Source: Polyangiaceae bacterium (GTDB taxonomy: Bacteria; Myxococcota_A; Polyangia; Polyangiales; Polyangiaceae). Taken from it: a stretch of DNA of 64,000 nucleotides. The stretch is taken from positions 23,302 to 87,301 of the forward strand of contig JBGANF010000016.1 of the NCBI GenBank assembly GCA_044222475.1, written 5' to 3'. This document shows positions 56,037 to 64,000 of the stretch, one piece after another. The translations under genes and the position numbers were made by a program. Positions within the stretch are counted from its first letter, which is position 1. Every line of letters begins with the position of its first letter. Under the pieces are notes generated by a model that saw only the letters and a program-made list of their open reading frames with translations, was not told the DNA's origin and made no database searches.

Positions 56037-57737
56037 ATGGCCGATTTGCCGCGGTCGGGAGACGTGGTGCTCGGGCGCTACCGCGTCGAAGAGCCGCTCG
56101 CCAGCGGAGGGATGGGGCTCGTCGTTCGGGCGACCCACCTCGAGCTGAACCAATCGGTCGCGCTCAAGTTCATCACGCCGAGCACGCTCGATCCGGCGAT
56201 CGCTGCGGAGCGCTTCCTCCGCGAGGCCCGCGCGACGTTCCGCCTGCGGAGCGAGTTCACCGTTCGCGTCCTCGACGCCGGGACGCTGCCCAACGGGTCT
56301 CCGGTGATGGTGATGGAGCTCCTCGAGGGCAAGGATCTCAAGGCGCTCATCGCCGAGCGCGGCCAGCTGCCCGCGGCCGAGGCGGTGCAGTACGCCGTTC
56401 AGGTGTGCGACGCGCTCGGCGAAGCGCACGCGCTCGGCGTCGTTCACCGCGACCTCAAGGCGCGGAACATCTTCGTCACCAAGCGCGTCGACGGGACGCC
56501 GTGCGTGAAGGTCCTCGACTTCGGGATCTCCAAGATTGCCGACGAGGGGAACGGCCCGCTCACCGCGCCCGACGTCGCTCTCGGATCGCCGCGGTACATG
56601 GCACCGGAGCAGTGGCAGTCGGCCGCGACGGTCGACGCACGCGCCGACATCTACGCCCTCGGGGCCGTCGTCTACGAGATGCTCACCGGGAAGATCCCGC
56701 TCGCTGGGATTCCGCTCGAAGAGCTCATCAAGCGCATCGCCGCTGGCGCGATCCCGTCGCCGCGCGAGCTTCGCCCCGATCTCTCCGAGCAGCTCTCGCG
56801 CGTGGTCCTCAAGGCTCTTCGACCGCACCCGGACGAGCGGTTCCCGACTGCCGGGCACTTCGCGGCCGCGCTGCGGGCGGCGATCCCTGCGGGCGCGACG
56901 AACAAGCCGAAGCCGAACTTCGCGATGACGTCACCGACGGCGGTGATGAACCACGAGCTCTTGATGGCGCAGGCGCGGATCTCGGCGAACCCGACGCCAC
57001 CGATGCCAGGGTCCGTAGCGCAGTACCCCATGTCGGAGGCGGCTCCGTCGACCGACGAGAACCCGCTCTCGTCCACCGCCGACGAGCTCCCCGCGCTGTC
57101 GTCCACCCTCGACGACGCTCCGGCGGCGTTCGTCGATCCTCGGCACCCGATTCCGATGTTCGACGAGAAGACCGCGGTCTCCCAGCAAGCGCCGACCGAG
57201 CGCCAGAACTTCGCCGCGACGCTCCCGGTGGGGATGGCTCCACCCGGCGTCGCCGATCTGATGTCCGCGTCTCGGCGCCCTGCGCCGGTGACCGAGGCGA
57301 TGCCGCCCCGCTCGCCGACACCGCCTGCGCTGCCTGCGCCGCCGCAGTTTCAGCCAATTCCGCCGCCCCCGCCGCAGCCGTTGGTCTCGATGGGAGTGCG
57401 CAACTCCGCGCCGCCGCACATGGCGACGATCAACAGCAGCGGTCCGGTGCCGCTGCCTCCCCACCCTGACGTGGGGGCAACGCAACGCTCGTCGTCGGCG
57501 CCGCCCGCGCCCGTACAAACGGCATACGGTGCGCCGCCTCCCGTTCAAGGATATGGCTTCGCACCGCAAACGTACCCGCCTCAGGGATCGGGAGGTTTTC
57601 CGCGAGTATCGGCGCCACCAGCGCCGGCGCCGAAGAAGAGCGGCGCGACGTGGATCATCGTCGCGCTCGTGATCATCACGTTGTGTCTCGGCGCGGGTCT
57701 CGCGCTCGGCTTTGCGCTGTATCGCGTCGAAGGTTGA
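56037..57737 (+). CDS. Membrane Ser/Thr protein kinase with Pro-rich linker and C-terminal TM
   Basis: GGMG, VALK, HRDLKARN, VLDFGISK, GSPRYMAPEQ; C-terminal hydrophobic helix. Confidence 0.92.
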   Translation: MADLPRSGDVVLGRYRVEEPLASGGMGLVVRATHLELNQSVALKFITPSTLDPAIAAERFLREARATFRLRSEFTVRVLDAGTLPNGSPVMVMELLEGKDLKALIAERGQLPAAEAVQYAVQVCDALGEAHALGVVHRDLKARNIFVTKRVDGTPCVKVLDFGISKIADEGNGPLTAPDVALGSPRYMAPEQWQSAATVDARADIYALGAVVYEMLTGKIPLAGIPLEELIKRIAAGAIPSPRELRPDLSEQLSRVVLKALRPHPDERFPTAGHFAAALRAAIPAGATNKPKPNFAMTSPTAVMNHELLMAQARISANPTPPMPGSVAQYPMSEAAPSTDENPLSSTADELPALSSTLDDAPAAFVDPRHPIPMFDEKTAVSQQAPTERQNFAATLPVGMAPPGVADLMSASRRPAPVTEAMPPRSPTPPALPAPPQFQPIPPPPPQPLVSMGVRNSAPPHMATINSSGPVPLPPHPDVGATQRSSSAPPAPVQTAYGAPPPVQGYGFAPQTYPPQGSGGFPRVSAPPAPAPKKSGATWIIVALVIITLCLGAGLALGFALYRVEG

Positions 57738-57738
57738 C

Positions 57739-57990
57739 CTAGCAGGCTGCGGAAGAACGCCCAGGCGCGTAGCGTGCCCTCCTGCCAAGACCGCGAACCT
57801 GACGCTCGGGAGCGGAAGGGATCTGTACCAAACTGGGACACTTGCGACATAACGGCCATTTTCATCGGGATTCACGATGTCTTCGGCCGTCGAGCATCTT
57901 CCCGCTCCCGCTCCCGCTCCCGAGCGGCGACCTGCCAAGCCGGTTGGAGGCACGCAACCTGCGACTACGCTTTTTCCGCAGCCTGCTCGA
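57739..57990. mobile_element. MITE-like element, copy 2 (inverted relative to copy 1)
   Basis: ctagcaggctgcggaagaa ... tttttccgcagcctgct terminal inverted repeats; internal sequence matches the reverse complement of 13825-14102. Confidence 0.8.
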
Positions 57991-58054
57991 ATCGTGGTCC
58001 GTACGGGTTTCCGCACATCAGGTCGCGGCGGACCGCATGAGGTAAGTTGAGAGC

Positions 58055-58897
58055 ATGAGATTGCGCCGCTCGATCCTCGTGCTCTGCATACCCCTGGTCG
58101 CTTGCGGAGTGACGAACGGGGGAGTTCGCTTCGACAACCCTCCGCCGGAGTATCGACGCGGTCCCGACGGGCCTCAGCACCCCTCGACGCAAGAGGTTGC
58201 GATCGTCAGCTTCGTCTCCGATGCGACCGCGGAGCTCAAGCTCAACGAAGCGCAATCCGCGCGCATCGCCACGATCTCCAGCGCTCTGAACGAGAAACAC
58301 GCCGCCGCACTCGCCGCGAGGCGGACGCTGTCCGTCGACCTCGCGCGGTGTGTCGATGCGAACGCGCTCGACGAAGCGCTTCTCATGCTCGATGCAAAGA
58401 ACCTCGGCGATTCGCGCGCCGCGGTCGCGCCCGACGACGTGCGGGCGCTCGCCGAGCTCCACGCGTTGCTCGACGCTGGCCAGCGCAAAGCCTTCGGCGC
58501 CGCTCTCGTCGCGCGGGCCGAGCGGCTGAAGGTCGACGACGCCAAGTCGAGGCTCACGACGTGGAGCTACGACCTCCGCTTCGAGCCGGCGCAGCGCGCG
58601 GCGATCGAAGCCAAGCTCACCGAGGACCCGACGGGCGACGCAAGCGCGCGCGCCGAGCACGACGCATGGGAGCGCAGACTCCGCGCTGCTGGCGCCGCGT
58701 TCGTCGACCCGGCCTTCGACGCCGAAGTGTATCTCGACAAGGAGGTGGTCGAGACGACGAAGGCGCGGACTCGGCGCCTGCTCACGTTCCTCCGCGTCGT
58801 CCTCCCCGAGCTGACGAAGGAGCAACGCGAACGCGCGGCGACCGTGATTCGATCCGACGTGGGACTCCCTCCGCGCGGCGCGGCCGAGCCGAAATAG
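58055..58897 (+). CDS. Helical lipoprotein (Spy/CpxP-like LTxxQ motifs)
   Basis: Lipobox LVAC; LNEAQ, LDAGQR, LTKEQR. Confidence 0.65.
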   Translation: MRLRRSILVLCIPLVACGVTNGGVRFDNPPPEYRRGPDGPQHPSTQEVAIVSFVSDATAELKLNEAQSARIATISSALNEKHAAALAARRTLSVDLARCVDANALDEALLMLDAKNLGDSRAAVAPDDVRALAELHALLDAGQRKAFGAALVARAERLKVDDAKSRLTTWSYDLRFEPAQRAAIEAKLTEDPTGDASARAEHDAWERRLRAAGAAFVDPAFDAEVYLDKEVVETTKARTRRLLTFLRVVLPELTKEQRERAATVIRSDVGLPPRGAAEPK

Positions 58898-59584
58898 TCA
58901 CCATGGAAACGCGACGGTGCTGCCGTCGCGGTGGCGCGCCTGGCCGGTCGCGAGCGCCGCGATCCCCACCACGTCGAGCGTCAGACCCAAGCCGCCGAGC
59001 ACGCCGCCCACGGCCATCAGCGTCCGGCGCCGGTCCTCGCTCTGCGCGAGCGGGCTCGAGAAGGCGGCGAGCGAAAGCACCATGGCACCCATCACGGTGA
59101 GCCCGACCCCGGCAACGAGGCTGACCGCGCCGAGGAGGTAGCCGGTCGAGAACGGATGGTCGTAGCCGAGTGCATGCCGCACGACGATCGGCCGACCGCC
59201 GCTCACCGTGACCACCGCGCGGCTCGCGTTGCGATCGTCGCCCGACGACGAGAACACGAGCTCGTGCGCACCGAGCGGCAGGTCGACCGTGCATGGGGTG
59301 ACGCACAGGAGCTCGGTCTGGACCGCGACCGGGAGCGGCCAAGCGCTCTTGCGTGTCCACGTCGTGGTCGAGGGCTCGATCCGAGTCGTGGAGATCACTC
59401 GAGCGACCTGTGCCCGATCATCGACGGCGTCGAGCACGATGCGCCCGCGACCCGCAGGTGTCGGCGTTGCGCTCGGGTCATCGACGGCTGGCCGGAGGAG
59501 CGCTGGCGTTCGAGGGGGTGGCTCCTGCATGCCGCAACCCGCGACGAACAAACCGACGCTCAGGACGAGGACTGATCTTCTCAT
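58898..59584 (-). CDS. Lipoprotein with PEGA-like segment and C-terminal TM helices
   Basis: Lipobox FVAGC; CVTPCTVDLPLGAHEL; two hydrophobic segments. Confidence 0.65.
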   Translation of the reverse strand: MRRSVLVLSVGLFVAGCGMQEPPPRTPALLRPAVDDPSATPTPAGRGRIVLDAVDDRAQVARVISTTRIEPSTTTWTRKSAWPLPVAVQTELLCVTPCTVDLPLGAHELVFSSSGDDRNASRAVVTVSGGRPIVVRHALGYDHPFSTGYLLGAVSLVAGVGLTVMGAMVLSLAAFSSPLAQSEDRRRTLMAVGGVLGGLGLTLDVVGIAALATGQARHRDGSTVAFPW

Positions 59585-59656
59585 GGCGCGATCTCCGAGG
59601 TCGCCCGGCGACGCCTCGTGGACCAGACGCGTTGCCATCGAGAACCTTACGCTCGC

Positions 59657-60860
59657 TCAATGCTCGCACGAAAGGAGAACCGCCTGCGTCGTCCAACGTG
59701 CCGTTGGATCCTTCGGTGGGGCGGGGTTCCACGCGATCACCATCCCTCCGTACGCGATTTCACCGAAGACGAAGTCGTGATCCAGCCTGGTCGTTCCCGC
59801 AAAGACGTTGCCCGCGCGGAAGGTCGTCGGAGGCGAGGCTCGTCCGTCCTCGTGGAGTAGTATCAAGGTGACGTCGGTGTCGACATCGTCGACATCACCG
59901 AGGTCGACAACGAGGAGACCCCACCTACTCGGTACCAACTTGACCGAATGGCGTCGGGCGGCGCCGAGGGCTATCACCGCGACGGTCGTTCGGAGCCCGC
60001 GATCGTTCATTCGCTCGATCGTCAGCGGCGTGGTCCCAAGCCCGCCGTCCGCGAAGCCGTGCCAGACGATGGAGCGCGTGTCGAAGGGCCACTCGGTGAC
60101 GAAGGCGACCCGGCCCGACGTCGAAAACGTGGCGGATGGTGCGCCGGGAGGCGCGAAGCGCACCTCGGCCGACGTCGGCGCGACCATCACCTGCACTACG
60201 CTGGATCGAGTGAACACCGCCAGCGGATGGAACCATCACCTGCACTACGCTGGATCGAGTGAACACCGCCAGCGGATGGAATGGTCCCGGCGTGAATCCT
60301 TCCGCCGTCGGTCCCGACAGGATCGCTCCTTCGTGGCTGATCATGAGGAACGAAGGCACCACCCCCCTCTCGGACGAGCCCGTCAGGTGGTCGCCGTGCC
60401 ACGCCGCTGAGCTCGCCTCGTCGGCATCACCGGAAACGCGCGTGACCACGGCGTTCTTCTCGTCGAGGATCGTGTAGCGAGTTGGTCCGCCCCACGCAGC
60501 GAGGTATCGGCCGTTGGTCGCGAACGCCTCGTCGGGGCCGAAGCCGGTCAGGTCCGTCACGCTTGCTACCTCGAGCGCGTTGCCGTGGGAGACTCGCACG
60601 ATCCCACCCGACGTCACGACGTCGAGCACACCTGCACGCTCCACGGCACCGAACAGCGTGGGCGGTGGACGCGCTGGCCCGGGCATGTGGAGGCTCACCG
60701 GATTCGACACCGAAAGCTCTTCGCACGCGTCGGTGGCTCGTGGTCGAGCCTCGGCGAGCGCGCCGGCATCTGGGGGAGCGGGCAGGCTAGTTCGTGCTCC
60801 GCAACCGAGCACGATCGCCACGACCAACCACGGACGTCGTTCAGAGGATCCGCGCGACAT
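59657..60860 (-). pseudogene. Lipoprotein gene frameshifted by a 49-bp tandem duplication
   Basis: ORFs 59925-60860 and 59657-60217 share AVFTRSSVVQVMV. Removing one copy gives 1155 nt (385 codons) in frame. Lipobox VLGC-GARTSL. Confidence 0.8.
60183..60280. repeat. Exact 49-bp tandem duplication
   Basis: accatcacctgcactacgctggatcgagtgaacaccgccagcggatgga x2 (60183-60231 and 60232-60280). Confidence 0.95.
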
Positions 60861-61425
60861 CGATCGAATCGTCCGTCTCCGGACAACATCCGCGCTCTTC
60901 GCACCCGCACTCCGAGCACGAGCGGGCGGTGGTGGTCCCGCAGTGCGCCTCGAGCCGCACCTTCAGTGCAGCTCGGGCGCGATGGAGCCGTACCATCGCG
61001 TTGTTCACCGTGATACCGAGCTCGCCTGCGACGCGGGAGACGGGCACGCCGTCGATCACCACCCGCTTGAGGATCTCGGAGTGAGACGACGCGAGGAGCT
61101 TGGCTTGGGCGAAGACGCACGTGCAATCGATCGAGTCGTCGGGTGCCTGCGCGACGTCGTGCCCGTCGAGCGGCAGCGGCGGCGCGACCCGGCGGCGCCG
61201 AAACTCGTCGATGACCTGACGCCGAACGACCTGGCGTACCCATGCGTGGGCCTTGGTCGGATCGGAGAGCTGATGGGCCTGCGAGAGGGCCTTGAGCGAT
61301 GCGACCTGGAGGACCTCTTCCGCCTCGAGGCCCGTCCCCGCCCGGAGCCGAATCATGACCAGGAGTTGGCTCCGCTGAGAGGCCAGCGACGCCCGCACGG
61401 CATCGGTCGCAGTCGAGGAACGCAT
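60841..61425 (-). CDS. ECF sigma factor with CxC linker and C-terminal Cys-rich domain (CorE-like)
   Basis: AEEVLQ..W..QVVR..ID (sigma2); DCTC; VAGELGITVNNAMVRLHRAR (sigma4); CGTTTARSCSECGCEERGCC. Confidence 0.85.
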   Translation of the reverse strand: MRSSTATDAVRASLASQRSQLLVMIRLRAGTGLEAEEVLQVASLKALSQAHQLSDPTKAHAWVRQVVRRQVIDEFRRRRVAPPLPLDGHDVAQAPDDSIDCTCVFAQAKLLASSHSEILKRVVIDGVPVSRVAGELGITVNNAMVRLHRARAALKVRLEAHCGTTTARSCSECGCEERGCCPETDDSIDVARIL

Positions 61426-61499
61426 GAGCCAACCGTGGGCCTCGCGCCCGCAAACGTCAACGAGAAGAAACTGGTGACCTGGATGCTTGGTGAATTCGG

Positions 61500-61525
61500 C
61501 GTAAGGTTCCGAGGGCATGCCCGTC
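61500..61525 (+). promoter_or_regulatory. Putative ECF-type promoter for the P1B ATPase
   Basis: CGTAAG-N16-CGTC, 18 nt upstream of the ATPase ATG; spacing typical of ECF promoters. Confidence 0.45.
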
Positions 61526-61543
61526 TTGGGTTCGTGAGGGCAC

Positions 61544-63658
61544 ATGAAGCGCCTGAGCGTGTACGTCCAGAACCTCGACTGCGAGAACGAGGCCGCCGCG
61601 ATTGAACGAGGCGTCCGCGACGAGAAGGGCGTCCTCGACGTGAAAGTCTACGCCAAGGCGGGCAAGATCGAGGTCGGGTTCGATCCGTCCGTCACGGATG
61701 GTGGGTCCATCACGGACCTTCTCGCACGCCTGGGCTTCCCGCCGAAGAAGCCGACGGACGATCGCTCGTCACCTCCATGGAGAAACCCGAAGGTTCGGGC
61801 TTCGGTCGCGTCGGGCGTGCTGCTCCTCGCCGGCTGGCTCCTGTCGCTCGCAGGCCTGCCGGCGGCCGTACCCTTCGCCACCTACGCCGTCTCCGCCCTC
61901 GTCGGCGGGTACTTCTTCGGTCGGGAAGCAGTCGAGAAGCTCGTTCTTCATCGACGGGTCGGCATCGAGCTGCTGATGAGCGCGGCGGCGGTGGTGGCGA
62001 TGGTGCTCGGCCACCCGTCCGAAGGGGCGATGCTCGCCTTCCTCTACTCGATCTCCGAAGCAGCCGAGGGCTACACCGAGGCGAAGACGCGATCCGCGGT
62101 TCGTGCCCTCATGAAGCTCACGCCGAAGACGGCGCTCGTGCGCAGGGGGGGGCGTGAGCGAGAGGTCCCCGTCGAGAGCCTGCTGGTGGACGACACGTTC
62201 CTCGTCCGGCCCGGACAAGCCATCCCGACGGATGGCGTCGTCATCGACGGCACGTCGAGCGTCGACCAGTCGCCGGTCACTGGCGAGAGCATGCCGGTGG
62301 ACAAGACGGCAGGCGACACGGTCTTCGCGGGGACCATCAACGGAGAGGGCGCGCTCGAAGCCCGCGCCACGAAGACCTACGCCGACAATACCATCGCGCG
62401 CATCATTCACATGGTCGAGGAAGCGCAGGAGAAGAAGGGGACGAGCCAGCGGTTCGTCGAGCGCTTCGGAGATCGTTACAGCCCAGCCGTGCTCCTCGCG
62501 GGCGCCCTCATCGCCGTCGTGGTTCCGCTCGCTACCGGCGCCGCGTGGTCCACGTGGATCGCACGGGCCACGGTCTTCGTCGTCGCAGCGGCGCCATGCG
62601 CGCTCGTGATCTCGATCCCCATCACGCTGGTCGCGACGCTGGGGACGGGAGCTCGCCATGGTGTCTTGATCAAGGGCGGGCTCTTCATCGAGAGGCTGGC
62701 GAAGGTCACCGTCGTGGCGCTCGACAAGACCGGCACGCTCACGAAAGGCCGACCCGCGGTCACGGATGTGGTGGTCTCGCCCGGCGAGGAGGCGACCGAC
62801 GAACACGCAGCGACCCGCCTCGTCGGTCTCGCGGCCGGACTCGAGCGCTACAGCGGCCACCCCGTCGCGAAGGCAGTGATTGCCGAAGCGGAGGCCCGCG
62901 GGGCGGCGTCCATCGAGGTGACGGACTTCCGCTCGATCACGGGCGCCGGGGTAGCCGGGACCGCGGGCGGTTCCACCGTCTACGTAGGCAGCCCGCTCTT
63001 CTTCGAGCGCGAGCGGCGAATGGATGTCGGCGCGTGGAGCGAGGCGATCCAGACGATGCAGGACGCCGGCAAGACGGTGATGTTGGTCGGCAGCTCCGAA
63101 CGGATCCTCGGGGCGATCGCGGTCCGCGATGTCGTCCGGCCCAACGCACGACGAGCGCTCGAAAGCCTCCGAGCCGAGGGGATCGAGCGCGTGGTCATGC
63201 TCACGGGAGACAACGAACGCGCGGCGGGCGCGATCGGTCGCGAGGTCGGCGTGGACGAGGTCCATGCGAACCTCGCGCCGGGCGACAAGGCCGATCACGT
63301 ACGGAGGCTTGCCGAGGCCGGCGGCACCGCCATGGTCGGCGATGGCGTCAACGACGCCCCTGCTCTCGCGGCAGCGACCGTCGGGATCGCCATGGGAGCT
63401 GCGGGGACGGACGTTGCGCTGGAGACCGCCGACGTGGCCCTGATGGCCGACGACTTGGAGAAGCTCGCTTACGCCTTCAGGCTCGCGCGGAGGAACCAGC
63501 GGATCGTCCGCCAGAACTTGGTGCTCTCGGCGGTGGTCATCGCGACGCTCAGCACCGGCGCACTGCTCGGGCTCCTGTCGCTTCCGGCCACCGTTCTCGT
63601 CCACGAGGTGAGTGAGTTCGTCGTCATCGCGAGCGGGCTACGGATGCTCCGGTCATGA
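61544..63658 (+). CDS. Heavy-metal-translocating P1B-type ATPase (Zn/Cd/Co-type)
   Basis: HMA-like LDCENE, TGES, APC, DKTGT, HP, GDGVND, HE in the last TM. Confidence 0.95.
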   Translation: MKRLSVYVQNLDCENEAAAIERGVRDEKGVLDVKVYAKAGKIEVGFDPSVTDGGSITDLLARLGFPPKKPTDDRSSPPWRNPKVRASVASGVLLLAGWLLSLAGLPAAVPFATYAVSALVGGYFFGREAVEKLVLHRRVGIELLMSAAAVVAMVLGHPSEGAMLAFLYSISEAAEGYTEAKTRSAVRALMKLTPKTALVRRGGREREVPVESLLVDDTFLVRPGQAIPTDGVVIDGTSSVDQSPVTGESMPVDKTAGDTVFAGTINGEGALEARATKTYADNTIARIIHMVEEAQEKKGTSQRFVERFGDRYSPAVLLAGALIAVVVPLATGAAWSTWIARATVFVVAAAPCALVISIPITLVATLGTGARHGVLIKGGLFIERLAKVTVVALDKTGTLTKGRPAVTDVVVSPGEEATDEHAATRLVGLAAGLERYSGHPVAKAVIAEAEARGAASIEVTDFRSITGAGVAGTAGGSTVYVGSPLFFERERRMDVGAWSEAIQTMQDAGKTVMLVGSSERILGAIAVRDVVRPNARRALESLRAEGIERVVMLTGDNERAAGAIGREVGVDEVHANLAPGDKADHVRRLAEAGGTAMVGDGVNDAPALAAATVGIAMGAAGTDVALETADVALMADDLEKLAYAFRLARRNQRIVRQNLVLSAVVIATLSTGALLGLLSLPATVLVHEVSEFVVIASGLRMLRS

Positions 63659-64000
63659 AACCCAACCGCCTTCTCCGACAGATGCATCGGTGGTATCCGA
63701 GAAGTGTGCGGACGGCGGTGTTCGTAGCTCGATCCATTCTTCTCGTGGTCGCCCTCCATCTGGGCGGCGTGCTTGACGGCGTGGTCGACTTCGTCCGCAC
63801 CTGCGAGGGCGTCGCGCTCCACGAAAGCGACGACTGCGGCGACGGCGAGGATCACTGTCCGGCCGTCTGCCCGATCTGCCACTGCGGTCATGGCGGCGCT
63901 CGAGCCCTGCCCCCGGCGGCTCCGGCGCCGGAGGTGCTCGCTCTCGTGACTCCCGGATTCGTGCGGGTCGATCCCGCCGGCGCCGCTCCGCCCGCTAGAC
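63655..64000 (+). CDS. Cys/His-rich putative metal-binding protein (CzcI/DUF2946-like), truncated by the window end
   Basis: ATGA overlap; open frame with a hydrophobic segment, then HESDDCGDGEDHCPAVCPICHCGHG. Confidence 0.6.
   Translation, partial: MKPNRLLRQMHRWYPRSVRTAVFVARSILLVVALHLGGVLDGVVDFVRTCEGVALHESDDCGDGEDHCPAVCPICHCGHGGARALPPAAPAPEVLALVTPGFVRVDPAGAAPPAR

Noticed and set aside
60183..60280. CRISPR array
   Set aside because: Two abutting copies with no spacer, inside a gene, and no cas genes.
2210..63615. Many long Arg/Ala-rich overlapping or antisense ORFs (e.g. 2210-4675, 7273-9888, 9913-12627, 33541-36069)
   Set aside because: Typical high-GC shadow frames that overlap motif-supported genes and have no recognisable domains.

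Overview
High-GC chromosomal window from what looks like a myxobacterium (probably Sorangiineae/Polyangiales-like). The call rests on a TIGR04563-type small protein, Hanks-type kinases, Cys-rich DPxNCGxCG lipoproteins and a CorE-like sigma factor. It holds about 50 CDSs, a 6S RNA with its own promoter and terminator, two inverted copies of a ~250-280 bp CTAG-ended MITE and two long intergenic palindromes. No rRNA, tRNA, CRISPR array or transposase was seen. Main loci: (1) a minus-strand run of PglZ-like protein, kinase-STAND-TPR, MatB-like ligase, carbamoyltransferase with a PqqD/RRE-like tail, aldo-keto reductase and Cys-rich adhesin-like protein; (2) an XRE/cupin regulator with SDR and QueA-like genes; (3) a secreted Fam20-like kinase; (4) a tightly coupled DUF1588/1585-like heme protein, lipoprotein, Tat DUF1501 protein and cytochrome c operon; (5) three tandem lipoprotein paralogs; (6) glpAB next to a trypsin-protease/lipoprotein cassette; (7) an envelope glycosylation locus with an sxtJ/I/K-like carbamoylation trio; (8) ssb, a HAD hydrolase and a kinase; (9) a CorE-like Cys-rich ECF sigma divergent from a P1B ATPase. 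One lipoprotein gene is broken by an exact 49-bp tandem duplication. All calls come from motif reading by eye; no database searches were run.
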